From an uncultured Flavobacteriaceae bacterium (GTDB taxonomy: Bacteria; Bacteroidota; Bacteroidia; Flavobacteriales; Flavobacteriaceae): DNA of 64,000 nucleotides. The position numbers and the translations under genes were made by a program. A model generated the notes under the pieces. That model saw only the letters and a list, made by a program, of their open reading frames with translations, made no database searches and was not told where the DNA came from. Positions within the stretch are counted from its first letter, which is position 1; every line of letters begins with the position of its first letter. The DNA is taken from assembly GCA_963727565.1 (NCBI GenBank), contig CAVSGU010000007.1, positions 119,979 through 183,978 on the forward strand. The letters are read 5' to 3'. This document shows, piece after piece, positions 54,326 through 63,722 of this stretch.

Positions 54326-54938
54326 ATCTAAATAAATTTTTTATTATTTTTCCCTCCCATTCACTAAATTCTTCTTCCCTTTCGGGGTGCCACATCAATC
54401 CAAGTATTTTATTTCCCTGGTATGCTTCAATGCTATTGTCACGTTTGCACCTACCTATAATTTTCAGTGCATCTGGTTTAGTCTCATCAATTAACGTGTT
54501 GGAATGGTAAGAGTTAACTTCTTTAATTTCCTCATTTATAATTATTTGATGCCGGGTTGCTACGTGGAATGAGGAAAAACTATCTTCCCCTCTTTCAACT
54601 TCGCCTCCCAACCATTTATAGATGGCTTGAAACCCCCTACAAACACCTAATACCGGTAAAGAATGAGCTTGAGAATATTGAAAAATCAACTTTTCAGTAT
54701 TATCCCTTTCTTCAGAAACACTAAGATTTTCTCCGCCAGTAAGTATAAATGCGTTTAAATTCCAATTTCTAATATAATTATCAATGTCACTCTCAATATT
54801 TGGTAAGAGTATCCAATTAGCATTTGGCATAATTTCTTTCATATACCTATACCAATCCCGTGCTATAGAGTCCCGCTTTTCGTCATAATCAACCGCATTC
54901 GTTTCTCTCATACTTATTCCAATATTGAGTTTTTCCAT
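54318..54938 (-). CDS. Class I glutamine amidotransferase / peptidase C26; gamma-glutamyl-CDP-amidate hydrolase-like (Cj1417)
   Basis: EKRDSIARDW, ILTGG, LGVCRG (Cys nucleophile), NSYH, MWHPER (His-Glu). Confidence 0.8.
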   Translation of the reverse strand: MEKLNIGISMRETNAVDYDEKRDSIARDWYRYMKEIMPNANWILLPNIESDIDNYIRNWNLNAFILTGGENLSVSEERDNTEKLIFQYSQAHSLPVLGVCRGFQAIYKWLGGEVERGEDSFSSFHVATRHQIIINEEIKEVNSYHSNTLIDETKPDALKIIGRCKRDNSIEAYQGNKILGLMWHPEREEEFSEWEGKIIKNLFRYE

Positions 54939-54946
54939 AAGCTATA

Positions 54947-57311
54947 TTATATCGTAAATGGCTCTAAACGTTTTCCCTGGCAGTTCAATAATACTTTGCC
55001 TGCCTTTATTACCTTATTAAAAGGTTGCTCCCCGCAGCCTATTGCTGCAGGTAAATCATATTCGGCACAACGTATCGCCATATGGGAATTTGCTCCCCCG
55101 AACTTCGTTATAAGACCAGCTATTTTTCTGGAAAAAATCCAATCATAGCCTGGATCTGCTCCTTCTATACATATAATCTTACCTTCCAAATCAGGGATTT
55201 CTTTGATGAAAGGGTTCAGAAATACTATTTTCCCTTCAACTCTTTTGTTTCCAATAAAATTAGGTGCACTCCTTTGCATCGGTGCAATATATACATCTCT
55301 TCGAGAACGTATTAAGTAGTTTAGTTTAAATGAATTTGCCACATTATAAGATTTCTTTGCTTTTTTTATTCTGCGTTTAAAAAAAACTTTCAAATCCTTG
55401 GTAATTGGTTCAAATAGCACACTTCGAACATCATCTAAAGTAAGCATCGCTAAATCTTTTTTAGAAAAACCAATTAAATCACCCCATTCGGTAATATATT
55501 CTATAATCGCAGACAGATGTTTAGTGAATATAAATTTTTGATATTCCCTACCCTTTATAGCCTTTGATGCATATTCAAAAATATCATCTGCATTGATCCT
55601 GTCAAACCCGTGATCTTTCAATAGAATATTTAAATTTTCACGTTCTTTTTCACTTAATTGAAATACTTCATGCTCACCCGGTTTTTGAGGATCACCATCT
55701 AATAAATCAGGTCTATTTTTGTAACACGGCGATAAAATATCATAACTGTTTGGTCTAAGATGACCATATTTCTGCATGAATTTTTCTTTATCTAATTTAT
55801 CATTACATACCTCATAAAAGTCATTACTCAATTCTGTAGAAATAGTTTTTACACTTCTTTTAAAAGACTTCACCCTATCTTCCTCGATAGCTCCACACGC
55901 AATTGCTGATCTTAATAATGATTCTGCTATAAAACCATGCCTGGCGGTTATCGAAAAAGGTATTGTTCCATACTTTACGCATTGGTTTTTAAGCGTATTG
56001 ATATGATCTGAAATTGAAAAAGGAGTAACTAATTCTTTATTTAAATTTTCCTCCTGCAATTCTTTTAATAATTCTATTTGTGCAATAGCCTTATTTAATG
56101 TATTATCTTCTGTATTCTCTATAGCATTTTGAGTCAATTCTACTAAACAGCTCTTAAATTCAATTATTTCCTCCTTAGAAAGCAAATCGGGATATCTTTC
56201 CTTGAGATTTTCTTCAAATTTAAAATCATAAGCAGTAGGAACTACTTCAAATTCTATTTTATCGTGTAAATGAGGGTTGGTTTCCAGCCTTTCGATATAA
56301 GCATTAATAAGCTTCTCAGAAATTTCCGGACTTAGCTTTTCAGGTAGAAAAGAGTTCATACTATTACGTACATCTATATAGGCCCTACCAAATAAAGAAA
56401 CCATTAGTTCTACATCTGGCATTCTTTTATAACCCATTTCTTCCCTTGCCAAACTCCAGGCTCTTTTTGTAATTAGCTCCCGATATAAAGACATTGCAAG
56501 AGGGTGAGGTACCACACCAATCATTTCTGCAGGATTCCAATCGGGCATTATACCAAGCAGGGTTTTGTTACCATAAATATCAACCCTCCTGGTCATCAAT
56601 TGCTGCACAAAATCCTCAAGATAAGGAAGCCTTTCAGAAACTAATTTATTTGCTTTATTCTTCCAATTTTCAGAAGTAGTAATCGGCCTTACCTGCAGTA
56701 TAAAAACTTCATTCTTCTTATTTAATGCAAATTCAATGTCTAAAGGTAAATCCTTATAAAAAGCCTCCAATTCCCCTACCACTTTTAGAACCTTTAATAG
56801 ATAAGGAGAATCAAAATCTTCATCTTTAAAACCGTTATAGATATAAACCGTTTTATTAATGGAATTCCCACTTGTTACCGTATCTGTTTTACCTGTTGTA
56901 TCGTCAAAATTAATGACGTAGTATGGTGAGCCATCATCAAGAGACTTAGTCATTATAACCCCGCTCATTCTTACATCCTCCACCATAGGCTGTATCAAGA
57001 CTTGATTCTCAGGATTGTTATCAAAAGAATTAATTACAGTATCGATAGCTCTAGCCAGGTCATCTCTATTTTTAACATTAACATTTAAAACACTTTCAAA
57101 AGCTCCTGCCATAGAATCCACCTCTGTATCTTCTGCCATAGAACTGCTTCGAACGGCTAAATATGTGAAACTTTCATATTTTCTGGAAATGTTAGTAATA
57201 ACTTTATCTTTTAAATCATTCCATTCTTGTACCGTAAAAAAATGAACATCGGGTACGGGAAATCCATTTTCAGATATATATCTGTAGCGTTTCAGCTTTT
57301 GTTCCTAGCAT
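54947..57311 (-). CDS. PEP-utilising/PPDK-like enzyme; L-glutamine kinase-like (Cj1418); +1 indel near 57265
   Basis: Reconstructed N-terminus MLGTKAETL...AVRSSSMAEDTEVDSMAGAF (ATP-grasp), ILQVRPI, DWNPAEMIG, YGHLRP, and a C-terminal phospho-His domain GGANSHMAIRCAE; about 787 aa. Confidence 0.82.
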
Positions 57312-57334
57312 AGTATATTTTATCTTAAAGCGAG

Positions 57335-57342
57335 CAAAAATA
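57335..57342 (-). promoter_or_regulatory. -7 box TATTTTTG directly upstream of the phosphoramidate cassette
   Basis: Exact TAnnTTTG 23 nt before ATG 57311. Confidence 0.45.
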
Positions 57343-57499
57343 TTGGTATTTATTAAAAATAAGGTAAAGTAAATTGCGAAAACTTAGTTAAAAATAAATC
57401 GAGAAGCTTTGACGGTCAATTCTCAAATAATTCCGAATGAAAACATACAATACACTTATTAAAAATTAATAATATTTATTCTGGTTGAATCCAATTGCT

Positions 57500-58441
57500 T
57501 CAAAAAAGTAAAGTAACTTGATAATTATAATATAATTCTTTTCGAATAAAATTAGCCTCAGGGATAGCTATGCATAAATATCGGTTTTTGCTCTTAAATA
57601 ACATAAATTACCCAATACCGAACTGTAAAAAGAGACAACGGTTTTTGGAAAAACGTTACTATTAAGATACTCTTCCTCAAAGATGCTATTAAAATTCTTT
57701 ATTTCAAAGAATTCAGCAATTTTCTCAATAATATCTTTGGTTTCTCTTGGATGAGGAACATATAAAAATTTTTTATTTGGAAATTTTTCTTCAATCTATG
57801 TAAACATTTTAAATAAAATTCACTCGAGACAATATCCAGTTGTACTAAAGGTTGCCCTACAAAAATAACTTTAGAATCATCCAATTTAGGATGCTCTTAT
57901 TGTTTTCTTTTTTAAAGTTTTGAAAGTATCGTTAGATCAACATGAAGGGAGAAGGGACCAACAAAATTTAAAGATTCTATTTTGGGTTGTTTAAATTTTA
58001 ACTTTATAAAAAAACACGGTAAGTTCCTAACTTCTACATTATTATTCTTTCTATTATGGGCTACTGAAATTAACTGCATCCCATCATATAAAAGAAAAAT
58101 TTTACTGTTTTTTTCATATTCTCCAACTATACTTAAATGATAAAAATTACTATAGCTCCCCATATAAACATTCTGAAAAGTTTTAAATTTTCTTTTAAAT
58201 TGAAATAACCAGACTCTAAAGAAAAGAATTTTAGAAAATTCAAGTATGTCATTATTTCTAGCCACATAAACTATTGAAGTATATTCAAATTCAAATCCTC
58301 GAAGATATTAAGTATTTTTGAAGCAATTGTTTTATTAGGCACGGTTAAAACAACAACTGCATTTTCTAAAAGTTCGGGAGCTTTGGAAAAAAAAAAAGCC
58401 TGTGAAGGAGTGGATAATACAAATAGATTTTGTTTAGACAT
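57500..58441 (-). pseudogene. Putative nonulosonate (sialyl/pseudaminyl) transferase, several indels; 3' end approximate
   Basis: ATG 58441 gives MSKQNLFVLSTPSQ. Fragments carry LLYDG (D/E-D/E-G-like), FVGQP, YVPHPRE (HP) and SFYSSV (SS/T), the bacterial sialyltransferase motif order. Confidence 0.6.
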
Positions 58442-58517
58442 AGAGTTGTAAATTGATACTGCAATTTATTTCAGTATAAAATTGGGAAAAGTTAATTTTA
58501 CGCAAACTACTTAGGCA

Positions 58518-59778
58518 TTAGACTACATTCTTATCCGGTGTATGTAAGGCATGATAGATAATGTAAAACATACTTAAAGTGGATATTATTTCTGCCATTA
58601 AAGCTCCTAAAAAAATAAAATTGAGTTTTTGATTTGCAGGCGCCAGAAAATAAAACCTAAGCGGAGACAGAATATATAGAATATTTGTAATTATAGAGAT
58701 TTTAAGCTGTGCCGCGTAATCTTTTAGGGTATTTAAAACCTGAAAGATAAGGGCATACATTCTAAAAAATCCAATTACCACAGCAATCATAGTAATTGTT
58801 ATGGCTTCCTCGTATTTAGGAAAAAAATTCTGTATAGCATAGGGAATAAAGAATAAAGATAGTAATGCAAGACTCCCAAAACCGGTAAGATAAATCGATA
58901 ATTTTCTGTATTTTTTTCCATAATCTCTTTTTATCGCCGGTTTTTCCATAATCAAAAGTTAAACTCGGGAACATATACTTTGCTAGTGCTCCAGGTAAAA
59001 TACCAAAGGCCATCATAGCGGCATTAGCCGGTGCGGTTAAACCTAAAGCAGTAGTAGATAAGAAAAAAACAATTATTAGCCTCGGGTACGTATCCGGGAA
59101 TATTGTTTTAAAAAATTAAAACATAACATGGGAAAACCTATTTTAAGATTTTCAAAATAAGTAGCTTTAATAAAAGTTGATTTTACTTTAATTGGTCTAA
59201 ATACTACGAGCAAAACAGTAGAGAAAATACTATGAATCAGCAAGAGGAGCAAATATCCTAAAAATTCATAAAAGAAAATTAAGAGGAATTAAGGCAACTC
59301 CTACAATAGAGGATATAACATACACCTTTGATAAATCCTTAAAACTTTTTGAGGACCTATAGGTAGAAGATAAATAATTATCTACAAACATGGTAGAGAT
59401 AAAAACTCCTGCCGTAAGATATACCAAAATTTCCTCGGTGCCATCTGCAATAAATATCGCCATAAGTACAGCAATTAATAAAAATATTACTGTATACCAG
59501 ATGGTTACAAATTGTGCAGTAGATGCATATTCCTTAACCTTCGCCATTTTATCCTGCCCCATGTAAAATGGTAATTGTCTCCCTAAGCCCTGGGTAAGGC
59601 CTAATTGTAAAAAACCTATATATGGTTTAACAATTAAGGCGGCCTGCCAAAGCCCTAACTTTTCTGGTCCGATAACTTTTATAGCTATTAAACTCATGGC
59701 CATTGCTGCAAAAGTTTTAAATAAAGAACTGGCAGTAAAACCTACTACTACTTTAGAACCTTTTAATGATTTAATCAT
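58518..59778 (-). pseudogene. Wzx-like oligosaccharide flippase, split by indels (track ORFs 59266-59961, 58816-59016, 58518-58955)
   Basis: ATG 59778 preferred. GPEKLGLWQ, LQLGLTQGLGRQLP and many TM helices; total length about 420 codons. Confidence 0.7.
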
Positions 59779-60098
59779 GCAGCTATTAATAAGAAAAGTT
59801 TGGGATGAATTGCATAATAAATTGACAGATATTATAGAAAAAAACTTAATTAGACTTAATAAATAATTTAATCTTTTACAGAATTGCAGCTTAGAGTTAT
59901 ATCTTTTGTAAATCCCCTTAGTTTCCGTAAGATCTCTGTGAAGACTGGAGATTCGTATCAATAACCATCCATAGCTACCTACATTTTTGAATTATTACTT
60001 TCACTACTTTAATATTTGTTGAAACGGATAAAGTTTCTACCCTTCTCCTGCAGCTTTATTGGGAAAAATTACCGCATATTATTTTAGTTGATATAAAT

Positions 60099-60809
60099 TT
60101 ATTGGATTATTCTTACAATGCAAAAAGCTTCGGCAAATCGCTTTCCGGTAACCACTCCCCACCGTTGGGCCTGGATTTTCAATGCGTCCGGAGATCTTGG
60201 GTGTGGATATGCCCTTTTTTCATATTCGTAACTTTCCATTCCATCTATTTTAGCATTTAAGTTTTCCTCAGAAATTTCTATAAACATATTTGGTATAAAA
60301 TGTTTTGGATCTGTTGCCGCTCTCCATTCAGTACCTGAAGGTGTTTCAAAAGATATTAAAGTATTTACTTTTTCATCTTTAAGAGGTCGGGTAGCAGTAA
60401 GAACTGCTTCGAAAGTTTTTTGATGGTCAATATTTACATCACCAAGATGATGAGTGAATATAACTTCAGGAGCAAAATCTTCTTTTTCCTTTTCTACCAC
60501 TTTAATAATATCCAGCAAAGCCACTGTATCAAATCGATTATCTGGAAAATCATAAATACCTACGGACTCGTAGCCTATAATCTTTTGGGCACTTTCGATA
60601 TTATTTCTATGGACCTGAAGTTCTTTTTTCCAAACTTCGGGATTTCTTTCTTTAGCTCTAGAGGTAATACCTTCACCTAATATAACCGCCCTAACTTTAC
60701 ATCCATAATCTTTTATCAGTTTATGCATTGAAGCTCCAAGCCCCAAAAGTTCATCATCGGGATGTGCTACTACAACTAAAATTTTTTTATTTCTTAGTGA
60801 TTCTAACAT
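60099..60809 (-). CDS. PIG-L/LmbE-family de-N-acetylase
   Basis: VVAHPDDELLG, FPDNRFD, THHLGDVNIDHQ. Confidence 0.9.
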   Translation of the reverse strand: MLESLRNKKILVVVAHPDDELLGLGASMHKLIKDYGCKVRAVILGEGITSRAKERNPEVWKKELQVHRNNIESAQKIIGYESVGIYDFPDNRFDTVALLDIIKVVEKEKEDFAPEVIFTHHLGDVNIDHQKTFEAVLTATRPLKDEKVNTLISFETPSGTEWRAATDPKHFIPNMFIEISEENLNAKIDGMESYEYEKRAYPHPRSPDALKIQAQRWGVVTGKRFAEAFCIVRIIQ

Positions 60810-61461
60810 CTGCTAGTATTTCTTTTTCTGATTTTAAGGAAGCCCTCGTAAATTCAAATTTAAAATTTTCAGTTTCGATAAACGCCGAGGGATACCCCTC
60901 ACAATCGAGCATTCTTATATAATTAAAGATTAGTTCTAATTCCTTCAAATCTTCCAAATTACCATCTCGTGGCTTTCTCCGCTTGAATTCAACAACTTCA
61001 CCTTTCTGAGGAATTGGTAATAAATTCTTTTCTATGATCTCTACAATCATCTTTTCTATCACACTCTTACTCCTCAAAAAAATCTCTTTTGCTGTTCCAT
61101 GTAAACTAAGAGATTTTTTTAAATAAACTGGTCCAGTATCCAAACCATCTCCTACCTTAAGTGCTGAAATTTTAGTCTCATTTTGATTTCTAACGATTAA
61201 ATTTTGGAGCGGGCTCCCTCCTCTTCCGTAGGGCAAGTCCGTCATATGAAATACTATACAATTAAATTTGGTAAATATCTCTTCTGGAATTATATGAGAC
61301 CAATGAGGAATAAAAATTGAGTTCGGTTTTATCTTATTCAAATTTGAAACGGAAAATTCTTCCTTACTAGAAAGTCGTATCCAATTCTCCCCTGGTCTTT
61401 CTGATAGTTCATCAAAAAGCGCATCATGCCAAGATTTATTAGTTAATAGTATATAAGTCAT
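60787..61461 (-). CDS. Sugar N-formyltransferase (Fmt-like)
   Basis: FIPHWSHIIP, FHMTDLPYGRGGSPLQNLI, GLDTGPVY. Confidence 0.82.
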   Translation of the reverse strand: MTYILLTNKSWHDALFDELSERPGENWIRLSSKEEFSVSNLNKIKPNSIFIPHWSHIIPEEIFTKFNCIVFHMTDLPYGRGGSPLQNLIVRNQNETKISALKVGDGLDTGPVYLKKSLSLHGTAKEIFLRSKSVIEKMIVEIIEKNLLPIPQKGEVVEFKRRKPRDGNLEDLKELELIFNYIRMLDCEGYPSAFIETENFKFEFTRASLKSEKEILADVRITKK

Positions 61462-61471
61462 TGGTTTATAC

Positions 61472-62530
61472 TTATAATATATCCCAAGTTAAAGGGGTAC
61501 CTTTTTTGAAATTATCGGTAGCACGTCTCCCTAAAACGCGCTCATAGTATTTTGGTTCCATTCCATCACCAGGACGAATAATTCTTACATTTTCACTTGT
61601 AAAAGCTTCCCCTTCTTTAATATCCTCAACTATATAAAGGGATCTTTTGAATCTCAAGCTAGACTTTTCTTTCTCTTGTATATCATATTGAACTTTCCCC
61701 AATGCTTTCCAGGCTCTTTCGCTCTCAATAACTAAGGCCTTAAGCTCATGAGGCTCTATGGAAAAGGCCGAATCTACCCCCCCATCTGCCTTATTCACGA
61801 TGAAATGTTTTTCAATAATTCGTGCACCCAAGGCAACCGAAGCTACTGCAGCACCAATTCCTCCAGTATGATCTGAAAGTCCTGTAAAACAATCAAACAT
61901 TTCTCGCATATGCGGAATTGTTCGCAAATTTGTGCTTTCAGCTCCAGCAGGATATGTACTGGTACACTTCAAAAGCACTAAATTTTTACATCCATGATTT
62001 CTCAAAACACTTACCGATTCAGCTATATCACTCAATTTCGACGCTCCAGTTGACATAATAACAGGTTTACCTGTAGAAGCTACCTTTTTTAGTAGTGGCC
62101 AATCTTTATTTTCAAAAGACGCAATTTTATATACATCTACATTAAGCTCCTCCAAAAAATCCACAGATGTACTATCAAATGGAGTACTAAAAGGAATCAT
62201 TCCTTTTTCTCTGGCTCGTTCAAAAATGGGCTTATGCCATTCCCAAGGTGTATAAGCAATTTTGTACAATTCATGGAGCGTTTTACCGTGCCATAGTGAG
62301 TCAGGATCATCGATATAAAACAAACCTTTGTCGTGAGGAATAGTCATCGTATCTGCCGTATAGGTTTGAAGTTTCAAACCATGAGCACCAGCCTCTGCTG
62401 CTGCATCCACTATTTCCAAGGCTTTATCTAAACTCTGATTATGATTTCCGGACATTTCAGCAATCACAAATGGTTTTTGATCATCTCCTATTATATGTTT
62501 TCCAATTTTAAAGCTTTCAATCATTTTCAA
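61472..62530 (-). CDS. pseI: Pseudaminic acid synthase (NeuB family with SAF domain)
   Basis: IAEMSGNHNQSL, KLQTYTADTMTI, KIASFE, GLSDHT, IEKHF, RSLYIVEDIKEGE. Confidence 0.88.
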   Translation of the reverse strand: MKMIESFKIGKHIIGDDQKPFVIAEMSGNHNQSLDKALEIVDAAAEAGAHGLKLQTYTADTMTIPHDKGLFYIDDPDSLWHGKTLHELYKIAYTPWEWHKPIFERAREKGMIPFSTPFDSTSVDFLEELNVDVYKIASFENKDWPLLKKVASTGKPVIMSTGASKLSDIAESVSVLRNHGCKNLVLLKCTSTYPAGAESTNLRTIPHMREMFDCFTGLSDHTGGIGAAVASVALGARIIEKHFIVNKADGGVDSAFSIEPHELKALVIESERAWKALGKVQYDIQEKEKSSLRFKRSLYIVEDIKEGEAFTSENVRIIRPGDGMEPKYYERVLGRRATDNFKKGTPLTWDIL

Positions 62531-63149
62531 AAATTTTTATAGTATATTTTTTATTCCTAAAATTAAAATAAGCCGGATATCTTTCATTATCGCATACCCT
62601 CATTAATTCAAATTGATCTGCAATAGTTTTAAAAGGATCTAACTCACTATCTTTAGGAGTTCTTTTAGGATAAAAAGAGGATTCTCCTTCTTGATCCTTG
62701 CCCTTATTATTCGGAAATTTTTCAACAAAGTCTAATATAAGATCTAGAGTAGCTAAACCTTGTTTGTGTTTTATTTCCGGCAAAAGTTCTGTTCCAGTCA
62801 ATTCGATAATCTTTTGACCATAAATTGTTCCGGCATCGAGTTGCTCTACGGCCTCAAAAAGGGTAACTGGAATTCTGTTTTTCCCTTCTAATATTTGCCA
62901 TGTTAATGGAGACCAACCCTTACCCTCTGGTAAATCACTCTCGTGTACTACCAAATTATGCCTATTTAAATCTAACTTTTTAAAAATTCTTTCGCAGCCC
63001 AATAGACACAATACGTCACCACTTACAACCTGATTGTGATGAGTGATTAATCGGCTTTCGTGTTCTAATTCTTTAAGCTTTTCCACCAATTTCTCAGCAT
63101 ATGGTATTAACCAAGACCCTGGATTGTCAACTAAAACCTGAATTACCAT
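62517..63149 (-). CDS. Second formyltransferase-family protein of the Pse module
   Basis: VVHESDLPEGKGWSPLTWQI, QLDAG, RVCDNERYPA. Confidence 0.8.
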   Translation of the reverse strand: MVIQVLVDNPGSWLIPYAEKLVEKLKELEHESRLITHHNQVVSGDVLCLLGCERIFKKLDLNRHNLVVHESDLPEGKGWSPLTWQILEGKNRIPVTLFEAVEQLDAGTIYGQKIIELTGTELLPEIKHKQGLATLDLILDFVEKFPNNKGKDQEGESSFYPKRTPKDSELDPFKTIADQFELMRVCDNERYPAYFNFRNKKYTIKIFEND

Positions 63150-63158
63150 AAACTACTA

Positions 63159-63722
63159 TTAAATTTTAAATTGAGATATTTTAGAGTGAATAACAACATC
63201 AATAAACTTTCCATCAAATAAACAATGATCTTTTAAAGTAGCATCATGGAAAAAATCGTTCTTCTCTAAAGTTACATATAACTTAGGTCTTAAGTCAAAT
63301 GCATATACGTACAATTTGTGAAATTTAAGGTCTCTAAAGGCTAGCTCTTCCAACATTTCCAAGTATTTACTCCAATACAAATCAAAAAAATCCTTTTCTA
63401 ATTCTGTATTTATAACAAATGAAACTTCAGCATTTTTATCAATCCAATTAATATGTACGAGACCTCCATATGCTACGCAAGTTTTTCCTTCCATGAAGGA
63501 AAAGAGTATTTGATCAGGCTGATCCTTCTCAAATAAATCAGCTATAACTTCGAAAAAATATTTATCTTGCTTTTCTTTAGTAAGAGGTTCGTTTTGCCGT
63601 AAATGATAAATTTGTTCATTACGCCAATTCATAATTTCGTAACGATCTTCTAACCGAAGAGGTACCAGAGAATATTCTCCTACTGTAAATTCTTGGTTTT
63701 TAAGAGTTTTGTAATTATTCAT
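63159..63722 (-). CDS. GNAT N-acetyltransferase, PseH-like
   Basis: RimL-type GNAT (EIMNWRNE, AYGGLVHINW, FHKLY); located in the pse cluster. Confidence 0.65.
   Translation of the reverse strand: MNNYKTLKNQEFTVGEYSLVPLRLEDRYEIMNWRNEQIYHLRQNEPLTKEKQDKYFFEVIADLFEKDQPDQILFSFMEGKTCVAYGGLVHINWIDKNAEVSFVINTELEKDFFDLYWSKYLEMLEELAFRDLKFHKLYVYAFDLRPKLYVTLEKNDFFHDATLKDHCLFDGKFIDVVIHSKISQFKI

Noticed and set aside
54947-57311. PEP synthase/PPDK or phosphonate (C-P) biosynthesis
   Set aside because: No pyruvate-binding C-terminal barrel, and no PEP mutase or phosphonopyruvate decarboxylase in the window. The neighbouring amidohydrolase and cytidylyltransferase fit the P-N pathway better.
59779-59961. 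N-terminal extension of the flippase ORF 59266-59961
   Set aside because: The extension is low-complexity AT-rich open frame; ATG 59778 gives a typical Wzx start.
1103-60922. Many short antisense or overlapping ORFs in the track (e.g. 1103-1288, 5157-5405, 7201-7491, 27198-27584, 39331-39732, 55082-55315)
   Set aside because: They lie wholly within well-supported genes on the other strand or frame and show no recognisable motifs; shadow ORFs.
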